Shown here piece after piece: positions 38,419 through 47,200 of a stretch of DNA of 64,000 nt. The position numbers were made by a program, and so were the translations under genes. Origin of the DNA: an uncultured delta proteobacterium (lineage in GTDB: Bacteria > Desulfobacterota > Binatia > Binatales > Binataceae). Within the stretch, counting starts at the first letter, position 1, and every line of letters begins with the position of its first letter. Below the pieces are notes generated by a model, which saw nothing but the letters and a program-made list of their open reading frames with translations, made no database searches and was not told the DNA's origin. Where the stretch lies: NCBI GenBank assembly GCA_963794325.1, contig CAWCDG010000002.1:352001-416000 (forward strand). The letters are read 5' to 3'.

Positions 38419-38467
38419 AGTGGACCATTGACAGTTCCACTTTAGGAAATAATTAAGGATCCACTTT
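38419..38467. promoter_or_regulatory. Probable MocR operator (inverted plus direct repeats)
   Basis: AGTGGA (38419-38424) and TCCACTTT twice (38436-38443, 38460-38467) in the divergent intergenic region. Confidence 0.5.
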
Positions 38468-38515
38468 CGCCTCCCATTGCGGGCGTAGTACGGTCGATTT
38501 CGAAGAGGTGCCCTG

Positions 38516-39997
38516 ATGTTCCTGAGGCTCGATGCTAACGGCGCTTTATACGATCAGATTTACCGTGCGCTCAGAGGCCAGATTCTCGGTGGCCGATTGG
38601 CCGCGGCGGCGCGGGTGCCGGCCACCCGCGACCTCGCGCGCGAATTGGGCGTCTCGCGCAACGTCGCGATAATGGCGTACCGGCAACTGCTCGACGAAGG
38701 TTACCTGACAGCGCGCAAGGGCGCCGGGACTTTCGTCGCGCGCGAACTGCCGCGCCATCTCGCGACCGTCCCCGCTAGGCATCCTCTTCGTGCTACGCGG
38801 ACGCGGACCAGTGCGCCTCTGCATCTATCAGCGTACGCACGTCGCGTTCGTGAGGCTTCGCATGGTGTCCAGTTCACGTGGGAGCCGCGGCGCGACGTGC
38901 TGCCCTACGATTTCCGCTACGGTCCGCCGTCGTTCACCGATTTTCCACACGAAACGTGGTGCCGCATCGTGGCTCGGCGCGCGCGGCGCGTCTCGATTCG
39001 AGATCTCGATTACGGTTCGCCCGAAGGACTGCCCGCATTGCGCGAAGCGATTGCCGACTACGCCGGCCGTGCGCGGGCGATCGCGTGCACGCCTGATCAG
39101 ATCCTCGTCGTCAACGGCTCGCAGCAGACGCTCGACCTCGCAGCGCGTGTGCTGGTCGATCCTGGCGACGTCGTGCTGTTGGAAGAGCCGCACTATCGCG
39201 GCGCGCGAACCGTGATGCGCGCGGCGGGTGCGAAGATCGAAACGATCGCGGTTGACGAGCATGGCCTGCGCACCGCCGAACTCGCGCAGCGCCGCACGCC
39301 CAGCCGTCTCGCAATCGTGACTCCGTCGCATCAGTTTCCGACCGGCGCGGTGATGCCGCTGGGACGGCGACTCGAGCTGCTCGCTTGGGCGCGGCGTTCT
39401 GACGCCTGCATCTTCGAGGACGATTACGACAGCGAGTACCGCTATTCAGGGCGGCCTATCGAGGCGCTCGCCGCGCTCGATGACAGCGGGTGCGTGCTGT
39501 ACGCGGCGACGTTCTCGAAAGTGATGTTTCCTTCGCTGCGCCTCGGATACATGATTCTTCCCGAGCGGCTTATCGAGCCGATCCGTTCAGTCAAGGCGCT
39601 GATGGACACCGGAGGACCCCATCTCGCGCAGGCAGCGCTGGTCGATTTCATTCGCGAGGGCCATTTCGAACGCCATCTGCATCGCACGCGGACGCGTAAC
39701 GCCAGCCGCCGCGCCGCGATGCTCGACGCAATCGAGCGGCACCTTGGCGCCCGCGCGCAAGTGTCAGGCATCAATGCCGGCCTTCATCTAATGCTCTGGC
39801 TGCGAGACTTGCCCGCATCGAGATCGCGCGAGTTGCGGATGCGTGCGGCGCGCGCCGGGGTCGGCGTGTACTCAGTGGATCCGTTCTATCTGAAACCGCC
39901 GAAGCAACTCGGGCTCTTGCTTGGTTACGCGTCGAAGCCGGAAAAGCAAATTGCCGAAGGCATCCGCCGCTTCGCTTCAGTAGTGAATTCCTTCTGA
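38516..39997 (+). CDS. MocR/GabR-family PLP-dependent transcriptional regulator
   Basis: GntR wHTH (PATRDLARELGVSRN...GAGTFV) plus aminotransferase-like domain (TPSHQFPTG, EDDYDSEYRY, TFSKVMFPSLRLG). Confidence 0.93.
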   Translation: MFLRLDANGALYDQIYRALRGQILGGRLAAAARVPATRDLARELGVSRNVAIMAYRQLLDEGYLTARKGAGTFVARELPRHLATVPARHPLRATRTRTSAPLHLSAYARRVREASHGVQFTWEPRRDVLPYDFRYGPPSFTDFPHETWCRIVARRARRVSIRDLDYGSPEGLPALREAIADYAGRARAIACTPDQILVVNGSQQTLDLAARVLVDPGDVVLLEEPHYRGARTVMRAAGAKIETIAVDEHGLRTAELAQRRTPSRLAIVTPSHQFPTGAVMPLGRRLELLAWARRSDACIFEDDYDSEYRYSGRPIEALAALDDSGCVLYAATFSKVMFPSLRLGYMILPERLIEPIRSVKALMDTGGPHLAQAALVDFIREGHFERHLHRTRTRNASRRAAMLDAIERHLGARAQVSGINAGLHLMLWLRDLPASRSRELRMRAARAGVGVYSVDPFYLKPPKQLGLLLGYASKPEKQIAEGIRRFASVVNSF

Positions 39998-40018
39998 GCG
40001 AGCGGAGTTCAATTCCTA

Positions 40019-40888
40019 TCAGAGTTCCAGTTGTGGCAGGAGCAGGTTCATTTGAAATCTCAAGGCGAATTGCTCGGTCTGCGTCGAGAACTGTCGATAG
40101 ACCATCCATTCGCCTGAGAAGGACGTGTCTATTGCGTAACCTTCGCCGAATTTCCAGACTTTCCCGAATCCGGCGCTAACCGGAATTTGAGTCGAAGTGT
40201 TATGACGCCAATTGATTGTCCAGGTCGCGTCGCTCGATTTCACATACCATCCGCGACCTAGTTGATAGGAGAGCATTGGTTGAATCTGCAGCGAGCTCAC
40301 CGGCACCGAATGCGACGAGGAATACGCAAACGACGTCGCCTGCTGAAACAGCCCGGCAATATTCAGCCCTGGAATTCCCCTGTACGAGAATGCCCAGGCC
40401 GGGCCCATCTGCCATGCCCCTTTCCCGGCAAATTCACTAGTGGAGGTAGGAAATACGAAGTAAGCCCCGACTCCCCATCGGAAGTGAGTCTCTTTTTCGT
40501 TCGGCCACGGCATCACGAACAGATCGAGCAGTTGGAAGTCGTCGAGCGCGGTGGTGGTTGTCGCGCCCTTGTTGCGGGGAACCGTGACGACTTGAATCGA
40601 CGGCCGAATAAGCTGCTCCAGCGGCGTGAACAATTGTGGGCGAACTGCCAGAAGCGGACGAAGTTGCAACGTGTTAGGCTGCGCATTCGTGCCGAACTCG
40701 GAGGGGGTGTAGATATCCTGAATTTTGAACTGCGTCAGTGCGGCGGTCGGATCGTATTCCTTCTCGGCCAGCCCCTCCTCGGTCAGATTTGTCGATGGGG
40801 TCTGCTGGGCGATACACAAAGAACAGCCCAGCAGCACCACAAATAGCGTTGCGAGGCAAGAAACGATGACGCGCATCGGATTGCTCAC
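40019..40888 (-). CDS. Exported, probable outer-membrane beta-barrel protein
   Basis: Signal peptide, alternating aromatic strands ('GKGAWQMGP', 'QPMLSYQLGRGWY', 'PVSAGFGKV'). Confidence 0.6.
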   Translation of the reverse strand: MSNPMRVIVSCLATLFVVLLGCSLCIAQQTPSTNLTEEGLAEKEYDPTAALTQFKIQDIYTPSEFGTNAQPNTLQLRPLLAVRPQLFTPLEQLIRPSIQVVTVPRNKGATTTTALDDFQLLDLFVMPWPNEKETHFRWGVGAYFVFPTSTSEFAGKGAWQMGPAWAFSYRGIPGLNIAGLFQQATSFAYSSSHSVPVSSLQIQPMLSYQLGRGWYVKSSDATWTINWRHNTSTQIPVSAGFGKVWKFGEGYAIDTSFSGEWMVYRQFSTQTEQFALRFQMNLLLPQLEL

Positions 40889-40979
40889 AATCCCCCGTTG
40901 CCTTGTTCACTTCCTTCCGCGACGAGCTAGCTGATTAGCCGCCGCCCTGACAATCTGCGCTTCTGACAACTCCTCGTAA

Positions 40980-40997
40980 ATTGATCTTTGGTACAAT
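40980..40997. promoter_or_regulatory. Variant operator ATTGATC-TTTG-GTACAAT (copy 3)
   Basis: 16/18 identical to copies 1 and 2; about 90 nt upstream of the 40888 gene. Confidence 0.55.
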
Positions 40998-41076
40998 GGC
41001 GGCTTCGCCATGTCACATGTCCGGCGGCCAGTGTGGTGGTCTCAGCGCAAACACCGGCTGATTGCTGTTTGAATGG

Positions 41077-43338
41077 TTAACGAGCCGGGCCGTTTAGATC
41101 GGCATCGTGCATCGCCTTGTGAATCGCGCCGAGCAAGACGGCTTTCTTCACAGGTTTGGCGATATGCGCGTCGCATCCGGCGTCGATTGCTTTGCTCAGT
41201 GCCTCGGCGAGGACTGACGCGGTCAACGCAAGGATCGGTATGCGCCGGCGTCCGGTCTCCCGCTCGATTGCGCGAATAGCACTGGTGGCCGAGTAGCCGT
41301 CCATGATCGGCATCTCGATATCCATCAGAACCAGATCGTAGTTGCCAGCTTTGAACATCTCGACCGCGATTGCGCCATTCTCGGCCTCGTCGACAGCGTA
41401 TGGCATCTTCTTGAAGTAGGCATTGACCAGCAGGCGATTGTCGCGGGAGTCGTCAGCTAAAAGGATTTTGAGCGGGCGCCTCTGGTTGAGAGCGTCGGCG
41501 CACGGAATTGAATCGACTACGCCGCGAGCAGTAGGTGAGGTCGGCCGCAATGAGACGCCGGTATTTCCAAGCGCTCGGTTAATCGCTTCGAACAGATCAA
41601 CATTCTTTATCGGTTTGATCATGAAAGTTCCGATGCCCACTGCGCGAGCACGCATCATGGTTTCGCCCAAATCATCAGAGGTGAGCATCAGGATGATAGG
41701 GCGGTCGCGCGGCGCCAGCGGACTGTCGCGAATCCTCGCGGCCACCTCTATCCCATCCATCGCCGGCATCCGGCAATCCAGCAGCACCGCGCAATAGGAC
41801 TCGCCGGCCGCTGCGGCGCGATCGATTTCATCCAGCGCGGCCTGGCCACTGTCGGCGCAGGTAACCAAAACGCCGCGCGCAGTGAGCGCCTGTTCAAGGA
41901 TGATACGGTTGGCGGCAGTGTCATCGACGATCAGAATACGCATGCCTGCCAGATGCGCATGCCCGGCGGCCGCGACCTCGACCTGGTGCGAGTGAGTCCC
42001 GAACTCGGCAGTGAAGCTGAAGGTACTGCCCTTGCCGACTTCACTGGTGACGGTTATCTCGCCCCGATACAACTCGACCAGCCGTTTAACGATCGTGAGA
42101 CCGAGCCCGGTGCCACCGTATTTACGCGTCGTCGACGAGTCGGCCTGGGTAAAGGCGCTGAAGATCGACTTCCTTTTGTCAGACGAGATTCCAATGCCGG
42201 TGTCAGTGACCGAGAAGCGAATCAGATCGGTGCCCGATTCGGAATCCGCACGCTCGACATCCACGCTGAGCACGATTCCACCCCGGTCGGTGAATTTGAC
42301 CGCGTTGCCAAGCAGATTGGCGATCATCTGCCGCAGGCGCAGCGGATCGCCGACCAGGATGCGTGGAACTTCGGAGGCGACCTGGCTGGTGAGTTCCAGA
42401 TGCTTCTGATGCGCGCGAAGCCCCGCCGTCTCGGCGACCGCATCGATCAGATCGCGGATGTCGAAATCGACTTCTTCGAAGCTTAGCTTTCCACTTTCGA
42501 TTTTGGCGAGATCGAGGATGTCGTTGATCAGATCGAGCAAAGTGGCGCCGTTGCTGCGGACGATATCAAGGTAGTGGCGCTGCTCGACGTTCAAGTCCCC
42601 TTCGGCGAGCATGTCGGCCATGCCCAGCACCGCGTTCATCGGGGTACGAATCTCGTGTGACATGCTCGAGAGGAAGTCTGATTTCGCGCGCGAGGCCTCG
42701 AGCGCCGCTTCGCGCGCGGCGATTAGCTCACGCTGCGTCTCCTTGATCTCGCCGATATCGCGAGTGATCGTGATGCAGCACCAATGTCCGCGAAACTTCA
42801 AGTTGAGCGCGGAGATTAGCCCGGTGTAGGTACTCCCATCCTTGCGGCGGAAGGTCGCTTCCATGTTTCGGACCACGCTTGCTCGTTTGAGCTCGGCGAC
42901 CAGGCGCGCGTTCTCCTCAGGGATCGCGAATGACGTGATTTCGCGTGAGCGGTGCCCAACTACATCTTCGCGCTGGTAGCCGCTGTGCCGCGTGTACTCT
43001 TCGTTGACGTCAACGTATCTGCCGGTTTCGAGATCGAGAATCATCATGGAGTCGAGATTCTGATCGAAGAGTTGGCGAAGCGCCGACTCACTTTCTCGCA
43101 AGCTGGCCGCGGTCAGCTCACCCTCGGCTATGATTTGGTCGCGCTGCGCAACTTCCTGTTCGAGGCGAGCCTGGGCTTCGTACCGAGCGGCGACCTGCTC
43201 GGCCAACTCGGCGCGGACGGCTTCGAGTTCGCGCTCGGCGGCAAGGCGCCGGCTGATCTCATCGTCGGCGATATCGGTCTGGTGGCGTCCCATTCTGAAA
43301 CCAATACTCCTCAAAGAGGCGTTTCTATGCTCGTGCAA
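41077..43338 (-). CDS. Hybrid sensor kinase (PAS-HisKA-HATPase-REC-REC)
   Basis: PAS-like region, MSHEIRTPMN, NLLGNAVKFT, YGGTGLGL; two receivers (LLDCRMP, LMDIEMP). Confidence 0.92.
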   Translation of the reverse strand: MHEHRNASLRSIGFRMGRHQTDIADDEISRRLAAERELEAVRAELAEQVAARYEAQARLEQEVAQRDQIIAEGELTAASLRESESALRQLFDQNLDSMMILDLETGRYVDVNEEYTRHSGYQREDVVGHRSREITSFAIPEENARLVAELKRASVVRNMEATFRRKDGSTYTGLISALNLKFRGHWCCITITRDIGEIKETQRELIAAREAALEASRAKSDFLSSMSHEIRTPMNAVLGMADMLAEGDLNVEQRHYLDIVRSNGATLLDLINDILDLAKIESGKLSFEEVDFDIRDLIDAVAETAGLRAHQKHLELTSQVASEVPRILVGDPLRLRQMIANLLGNAVKFTDRGGIVLSVDVERADSESGTDLIRFSVTDTGIGISSDKRKSIFSAFTQADSSTTRKYGGTGLGLTIVKRLVELYRGEITVTSEVGKGSTFSFTAEFGTHSHQVEVAAAGHAHLAGMRILIVDDTAANRIILEQALTARGVLVTCADSGQAALDEIDRAAAAGESYCAVLLDCRMPAMDGIEVAARIRDSPLAPRDRPIILMLTSDDLGETMMRARAVGIGTFMIKPIKNVDLFEAINRALGNTGVSLRPTSPTARGVVDSIPCADALNQRRPLKILLADDSRDNRLLVNAYFKKMPYAVDEAENGAIAVEMFKAGNYDLVLMDIEMPIMDGYSATSAIRAIERETGRRRIPILALTASVLAEALSKAIDAGCDAHIAKPVKKAVLLGAIHKAMHDADLNGPAR

Positions 43339-43430
43339 TAGAGAACGAGCAACTGTCGTGCCTCACAATCTTGGAAGCGTCACCGGGAGGTCAGAGCAAC
43401 GGAAGCGACTTAGGAGGGGCAAAGCGAGCG

Positions 43431-44248
43431 TCAAGATGATCGGGCGATTCGCTGATAGAGCAGGGCGGCGCCTTCGTAAATCGTCGCGCCGTTTTCGGGG
43501 CTGCCGACGAACTCGGCAATCTGTTGCATCTCAGCGACCCAGCGGTACGCCTTCGGGCGCATATCAGGAATCGCGCGATCGATGCGCGCGAGAAAGCTCG
43601 GCTGAGTGCGCTCGAGTTCGGATCGAAGCGCATCAGCAAGGCCTTCGCGTTCCGCGGCGCCGAGCATCGTCGCACATAGTGCGGTGAATCCCTTGGTGAG
43701 ACCGGCGTAAGAAAGCTTCAGGCCCGAGGCGGCGCCAATCGGACCGTCGAGAAGCGCGACATCGAGACCGAAACTGGCCAGCCGGGTCAGCAGATGCGCG
43801 TCGGCGCCCGACGCGTAAAAGCGCGGACCCTTCGCCGGGTCCTGAGTGCCTGCGACCGGTGGGCCTCCGATAATTCCGGCATCGATGAAAGTGATGGGGT
43901 CGAGAATGTCGCGGATACGCCGGCAAGTCGCGGGTGAGATCGCATTGCATTCGACAAAGGCGGGCTTCGAATGCGATGCGGCTGAGCGGACCACGAAGGC
44001 GTTCTGCGACCTCTACTGCCACGCCCGGAGGGCACGATCGAGAGAACGAAGTTCGCATCGCGTACCAACGAATCGTCGTCGCTTACCGTTTCGAGGCCGG
44101 CCTCGCGAACCCGCGCGACGCTCTCGGCACTGCGGCCCGCGATAGAGGTCACTACGCGCACGCCGGATGTTCGAAGCCGGCGGCCTACTGCGGCGCCCAT
44201 CTCGCCCGCGCCAACGATCGCAACCGTGACCAAATCCCGATCACTCAT
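43431..44248 (-). pseudogene. NAD(P)-dependent oxidoreductase (6PGD-like + DUF1932) with two +1 frameshifts
   Basis: GAGEMG Rossmann motif. Reads IVP|PGVAVEVAERLRGPLS|ASHSKPAFVECNAISP across three frames; KAYRWVAEM. Span is 818 nt (3n+2). Confidence 0.75.
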
Positions 44249-44297
44249 CGAAGTCCTCCCCTAAACAGAGACCATTGCACAACCGCTCGCCGCCTCT

Positions 44298-44505
44298 TCC
44301 CCTCTCCCATCGGGAGAGGATTTAAGGTGAGGGACCTTGTACAGCGAGCGCTTCGCACGCGATTCAAGATTCTGCCTCCGGATTGACGATGCAGAGAGCC
44401 TCGCATGCGTCGTGGTTGGGGGTGCGTCGGCCCGGCGTTCAAAAAAACCGGGATTCTTTGCTTCGCTCAGAATGACACAAGGAAGGTTCGCTCGAGAATG
44501 ACACA
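44298..44505. repeat. Intergenic REP-like palindromic elements
   Basis: CCTCTCCC-ATC-GGGAGAGG hairpin (44301-44319); TTCGCTC(G)AGAATGACACA twice (44462-44479, 44487-44505). Confidence 0.5.
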
Positions 44506-44511
44506 GGAGTT

Positions 44512-45651
44512 TCAGTAGCGGTTCAGGCGGGCCAGGCGGTCGGCGTGGAAATTTGGGTCGCCGAAGAGTTCCTGGCAGACGCGGACTCGCTTCATGAAGA
44601 GGCCGATGTCGAACTCGTCGGTCATTCCGATGCCGCCATGCATCTGCACGGCTTCATTCACGGCGAGCGTCGCACTCAGACCGGCGCGGGCCTTTGCCAC
44701 CGAGACGATCGCACCACTGCGGTCACTGGAATCGTCGAGGGACTGCAGCGCCTTGAGCACAGCTGCGCGGGTGACTTCGAGCTCGCAGTAGAGATGCGCC
44801 GCGCGATGCTGCAACGCCTGAAATTCGCCGATCGCCTTGCCGAATTGTTTGCGTTCCTTCAGGTATGCGACGGTGCGGCCGAAACTCTCTTCGCTGGCGC
44901 CGACCATCTCGGCCGCAACCGCGGCGCGGCCTACATTAAGCACGCCCTCGAGCACGCCCCAGCCCGCATCGATCTTGCCGAGCAGGTTGTCGGCACTGAC
45001 CTTCACGTCGTCGAAAGTGATTCGCGCGGCGTTGTGAGTATCTACGGCTGAGGTGCGCTCAGCGCGAACTCCGGGCGCGTTTGCGTCCACAATGAACAGC
45101 GTGATTCCGTTGGTATCGCCCGCTTTGCCTGAGGTGCGCGCGGCCACGATCAGAAGATTCGCGACGTGGCCGTCGATCACATAAGTCTTGGCGCCGCTCA
45201 GCTTGAAGCCGTTGCCGGTGCGAGACGCAGGCATCGCGATTTTTTCCGGATGATGCTTCGCGGTTTCGTCGACCGCCAATGTGGCAATCAATTCACCGGC
45301 CACAATTTTCGGCAGATAGTTTTCTTTCTGTTTGTCGTTACCGCCGCGCGCGATCGCGGTCGCGGCCAAAACTGCGGTCGAGAGAAAAGGGGAGGGCGTC
45401 AGCGTGCGGCCCAGCTCCTCCATAACGACCCCGGCCTCGACGTGTCCGAGTCCGAGGCCGCCGTAATCTTGCGGTACCAGGATTCCCGCCCAGCCCATAT
45501 CCACGAAGTTCTTCCAGAGCGCGCGCGAGAATCCGTCGGCGTCGCGATTGTCTCGCAGCGCGCGCAGATGAGCGATCGGCGCATTCTTCGCCAGGAAGCC
45601 GCGCGCATTGTCGCGCAGCATCGTCTGTTCGTCGTTCAGTAATAACGCCAT
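44512..45651 (-). CDS. Acyl-CoA dehydrogenase, small subunit of a heteromeric pair
   Basis: LNDEQTMLRD, EELGRTL.P.PFL, ERKQFGKAIGEFQALQHR, QMHGGIGMTDE. Confidence 0.9.
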   Translation of the reverse strand: MALLLNDEQTMLRDNARGFLAKNAPIAHLRALRDNRDADGFSRALWKNFVDMGWAGILVPQDYGGLGLGHVEAGVVMEELGRTLTPSPFLSTAVLAATAIARGGNDKQKENYLPKIVAGELIATLAVDETAKHHPEKIAMPASRTGNGFKLSGAKTYVIDGHVANLLIVAARTSGKAGDTNGITLFIVDANAPGVRAERTSAVDTHNAARITFDDVKVSADNLLGKIDAGWGVLEGVLNVGRAAVAAEMVGASEESFGRTVAYLKERKQFGKAIGEFQALQHRAAHLYCELEVTRAAVLKALQSLDDSSDRSGAIVSVAKARAGLSATLAVNEAVQMHGGIGMTDEFDIGLFMKRVRVCQELFGDPNFHADRLARLNRY

Positions 45652-45656
45652 CGCGG

Positions 45657-46838
45657 CTACGCACCCGGCAAGCCGAGGATGCGCTTGGCGATAATGTTGA
45701 GTTGAACCTCGCTGGTCCCGCCCTCGATCGAGTTCGCCTTGGAACGCAGCCATGCGCGGGCGGTGCGGCCCTCACGCGAGCGCTCGCCTTCCCATTCCAG
45801 CGCGTCAGTGCCGCCCGCCGACATCACCAGTTCCATCCGGCGCTTGTTGAGTTCGGTGCCGTAGTATTTCAGCAGTGACGAGACTGCCGGATGAGCCTGC
45901 CCGGCTTTGGCCATGTCGCCGGCGCGATCCATCGTGAGTCGAAAAGCGAGCGCGTCGATTTCGAACGCGGCTATCTGGCTGCGCAGGACGGTGTCCGCGA
46001 GCATCCCGTTTTCGGTGCCGACGGTGTCAGTCGCAATCTGCCCCAGCGATCGATTTTCCGACGTGCTGCCCATCCCGCCTATCATGTCGCGCTCGTGAGT
46101 CAGCAGATATTTCGCGATGTCCCATCCCTTGTTGAGTTTGCCGACGAGGTTCGCCTTGGGCACGAGTACGTCGTCGAAGAATGTCTGGCAGAAGGGCGAT
46201 GCGCCCGAGATCAAAGTGATTGGCTTGGTCGATACGCCGGCGCTCTCCATGTCGAACAGGACGAAGCTGATGCCCTCGTGCTTCGGCGCGTTGGGGTCGG
46301 TGCGCACCAGGCAGAAAATCCAGTCGGCCCTGTCCGCATATGAGGTCCAGATCTTCGAGCCGTTGACCAGGAAGTTGTCGCCCTTGTCCTCGGCACGGGT
46401 CTGCAGCGAGGCGAGATCGGAACCTGAGCCGGGTTCCGAGTAACCCTGGCACCATCGAATCTTGCCGTGTGCGATTTTCGGCAGATGCTCCCGCTTCTGT
46501 TCCTCGGAGCCGTACTTCAACAGCGCGGGCCCGAGCATCCAGATGCCGAAACTGTCGAGCGGCGAGCGGCAATTGAGTGCGCGCATTTCCTGCCGCAGGA
46601 TTTTTGCCTCGTCGCGCGAGAGTCCGCCGCCACCGTACTCGCGCGGCCACTCCGGCACGGTCCAGCCCTTCTCCGCCATGCGCTCGAGCCAGGTTCGCTG
46701 AGCGTCGGATTGAAATTTCCAATGCCGCCCGCCCCAGCAGGTGTCCTCTTCAGTTTGCGTCGGGCGGCGCATTTCAGAAGGGCAGTTGGCCTCGAGCCAT
46801 GCGCGGGTGTCTTTTCGGAACGTTTCAAGATTTTCCAT
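45657..46838 (-). CDS. Acyl-CoA dehydrogenase, large subunit
   Basis: WPREYGGGG, WCQGYSEPGSGSDLASL, NGSKIWTS, IEGGTSEVQLNIIA. Confidence 0.92.
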   Translation of the reverse strand: MENLETFRKDTRAWLEANCPSEMRRPTQTEEDTCWGGRHWKFQSDAQRTWLERMAEKGWTVPEWPREYGGGGLSRDEAKILRQEMRALNCRSPLDSFGIWMLGPALLKYGSEEQKREHLPKIAHGKIRWCQGYSEPGSGSDLASLQTRAEDKGDNFLVNGSKIWTSYADRADWIFCLVRTDPNAPKHEGISFVLFDMESAGVSTKPITLISGASPFCQTFFDDVLVPKANLVGKLNKGWDIAKYLLTHERDMIGGMGSTSENRSLGQIATDTVGTENGMLADTVLRSQIAAFEIDALAFRLTMDRAGDMAKAGQAHPAVSSLLKYYGTELNKRRMELVMSAGGTDALEWEGERSREGRTARAWLRSKANSIEGGTSEVQLNIIAKRILGLPGA

Positions 46839-47013
46839 AGTTGAATCTCGTGTTAATAGGTCTGTCCGCACGATTCAAGGTTTCGACGTTCATCAGTTCG
46901 ATCGTGATCCTTCCACCAAGACCGTCATTGCGCCTAAACCGAATAGAATGCATGAGAGCGAGCGTATGCGACGACGTCGCGATGCCATCCTCCATTCCCG
47001 ACGACACCTCATC

Positions 47014-47043
47014 ATCACCCATAATTTTATCACCCATAATTTT
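47014..47043. repeat. Tandem 15-bp direct repeat
   Basis: ATCACCCATAATTTT twice in the divergent intergenic region. Confidence 0.7.
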
Positions 47044-47200
47044 CCGTGCTATTTTGAGCATGGTTTTAGTTAGCACCGGCGATTTCCTTGTCTTTAGGTG
47101 GGCGTAATGATACTAACTCGCTACCTTACAACTTTGTGCCCGCGATAAGCTTTATCGTCAGCCTAAAGTTTTAAGTCCGCAGGGTGGGGAGTAATCACAT

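Noticed and set aside
40980-40997. FNR box (TTGAT-N4-ATCAA)
   Set aside because: Only the TTGAT half matches; the site fits the local ATTGTAC-TTTG-GTACAAT palindrome better.
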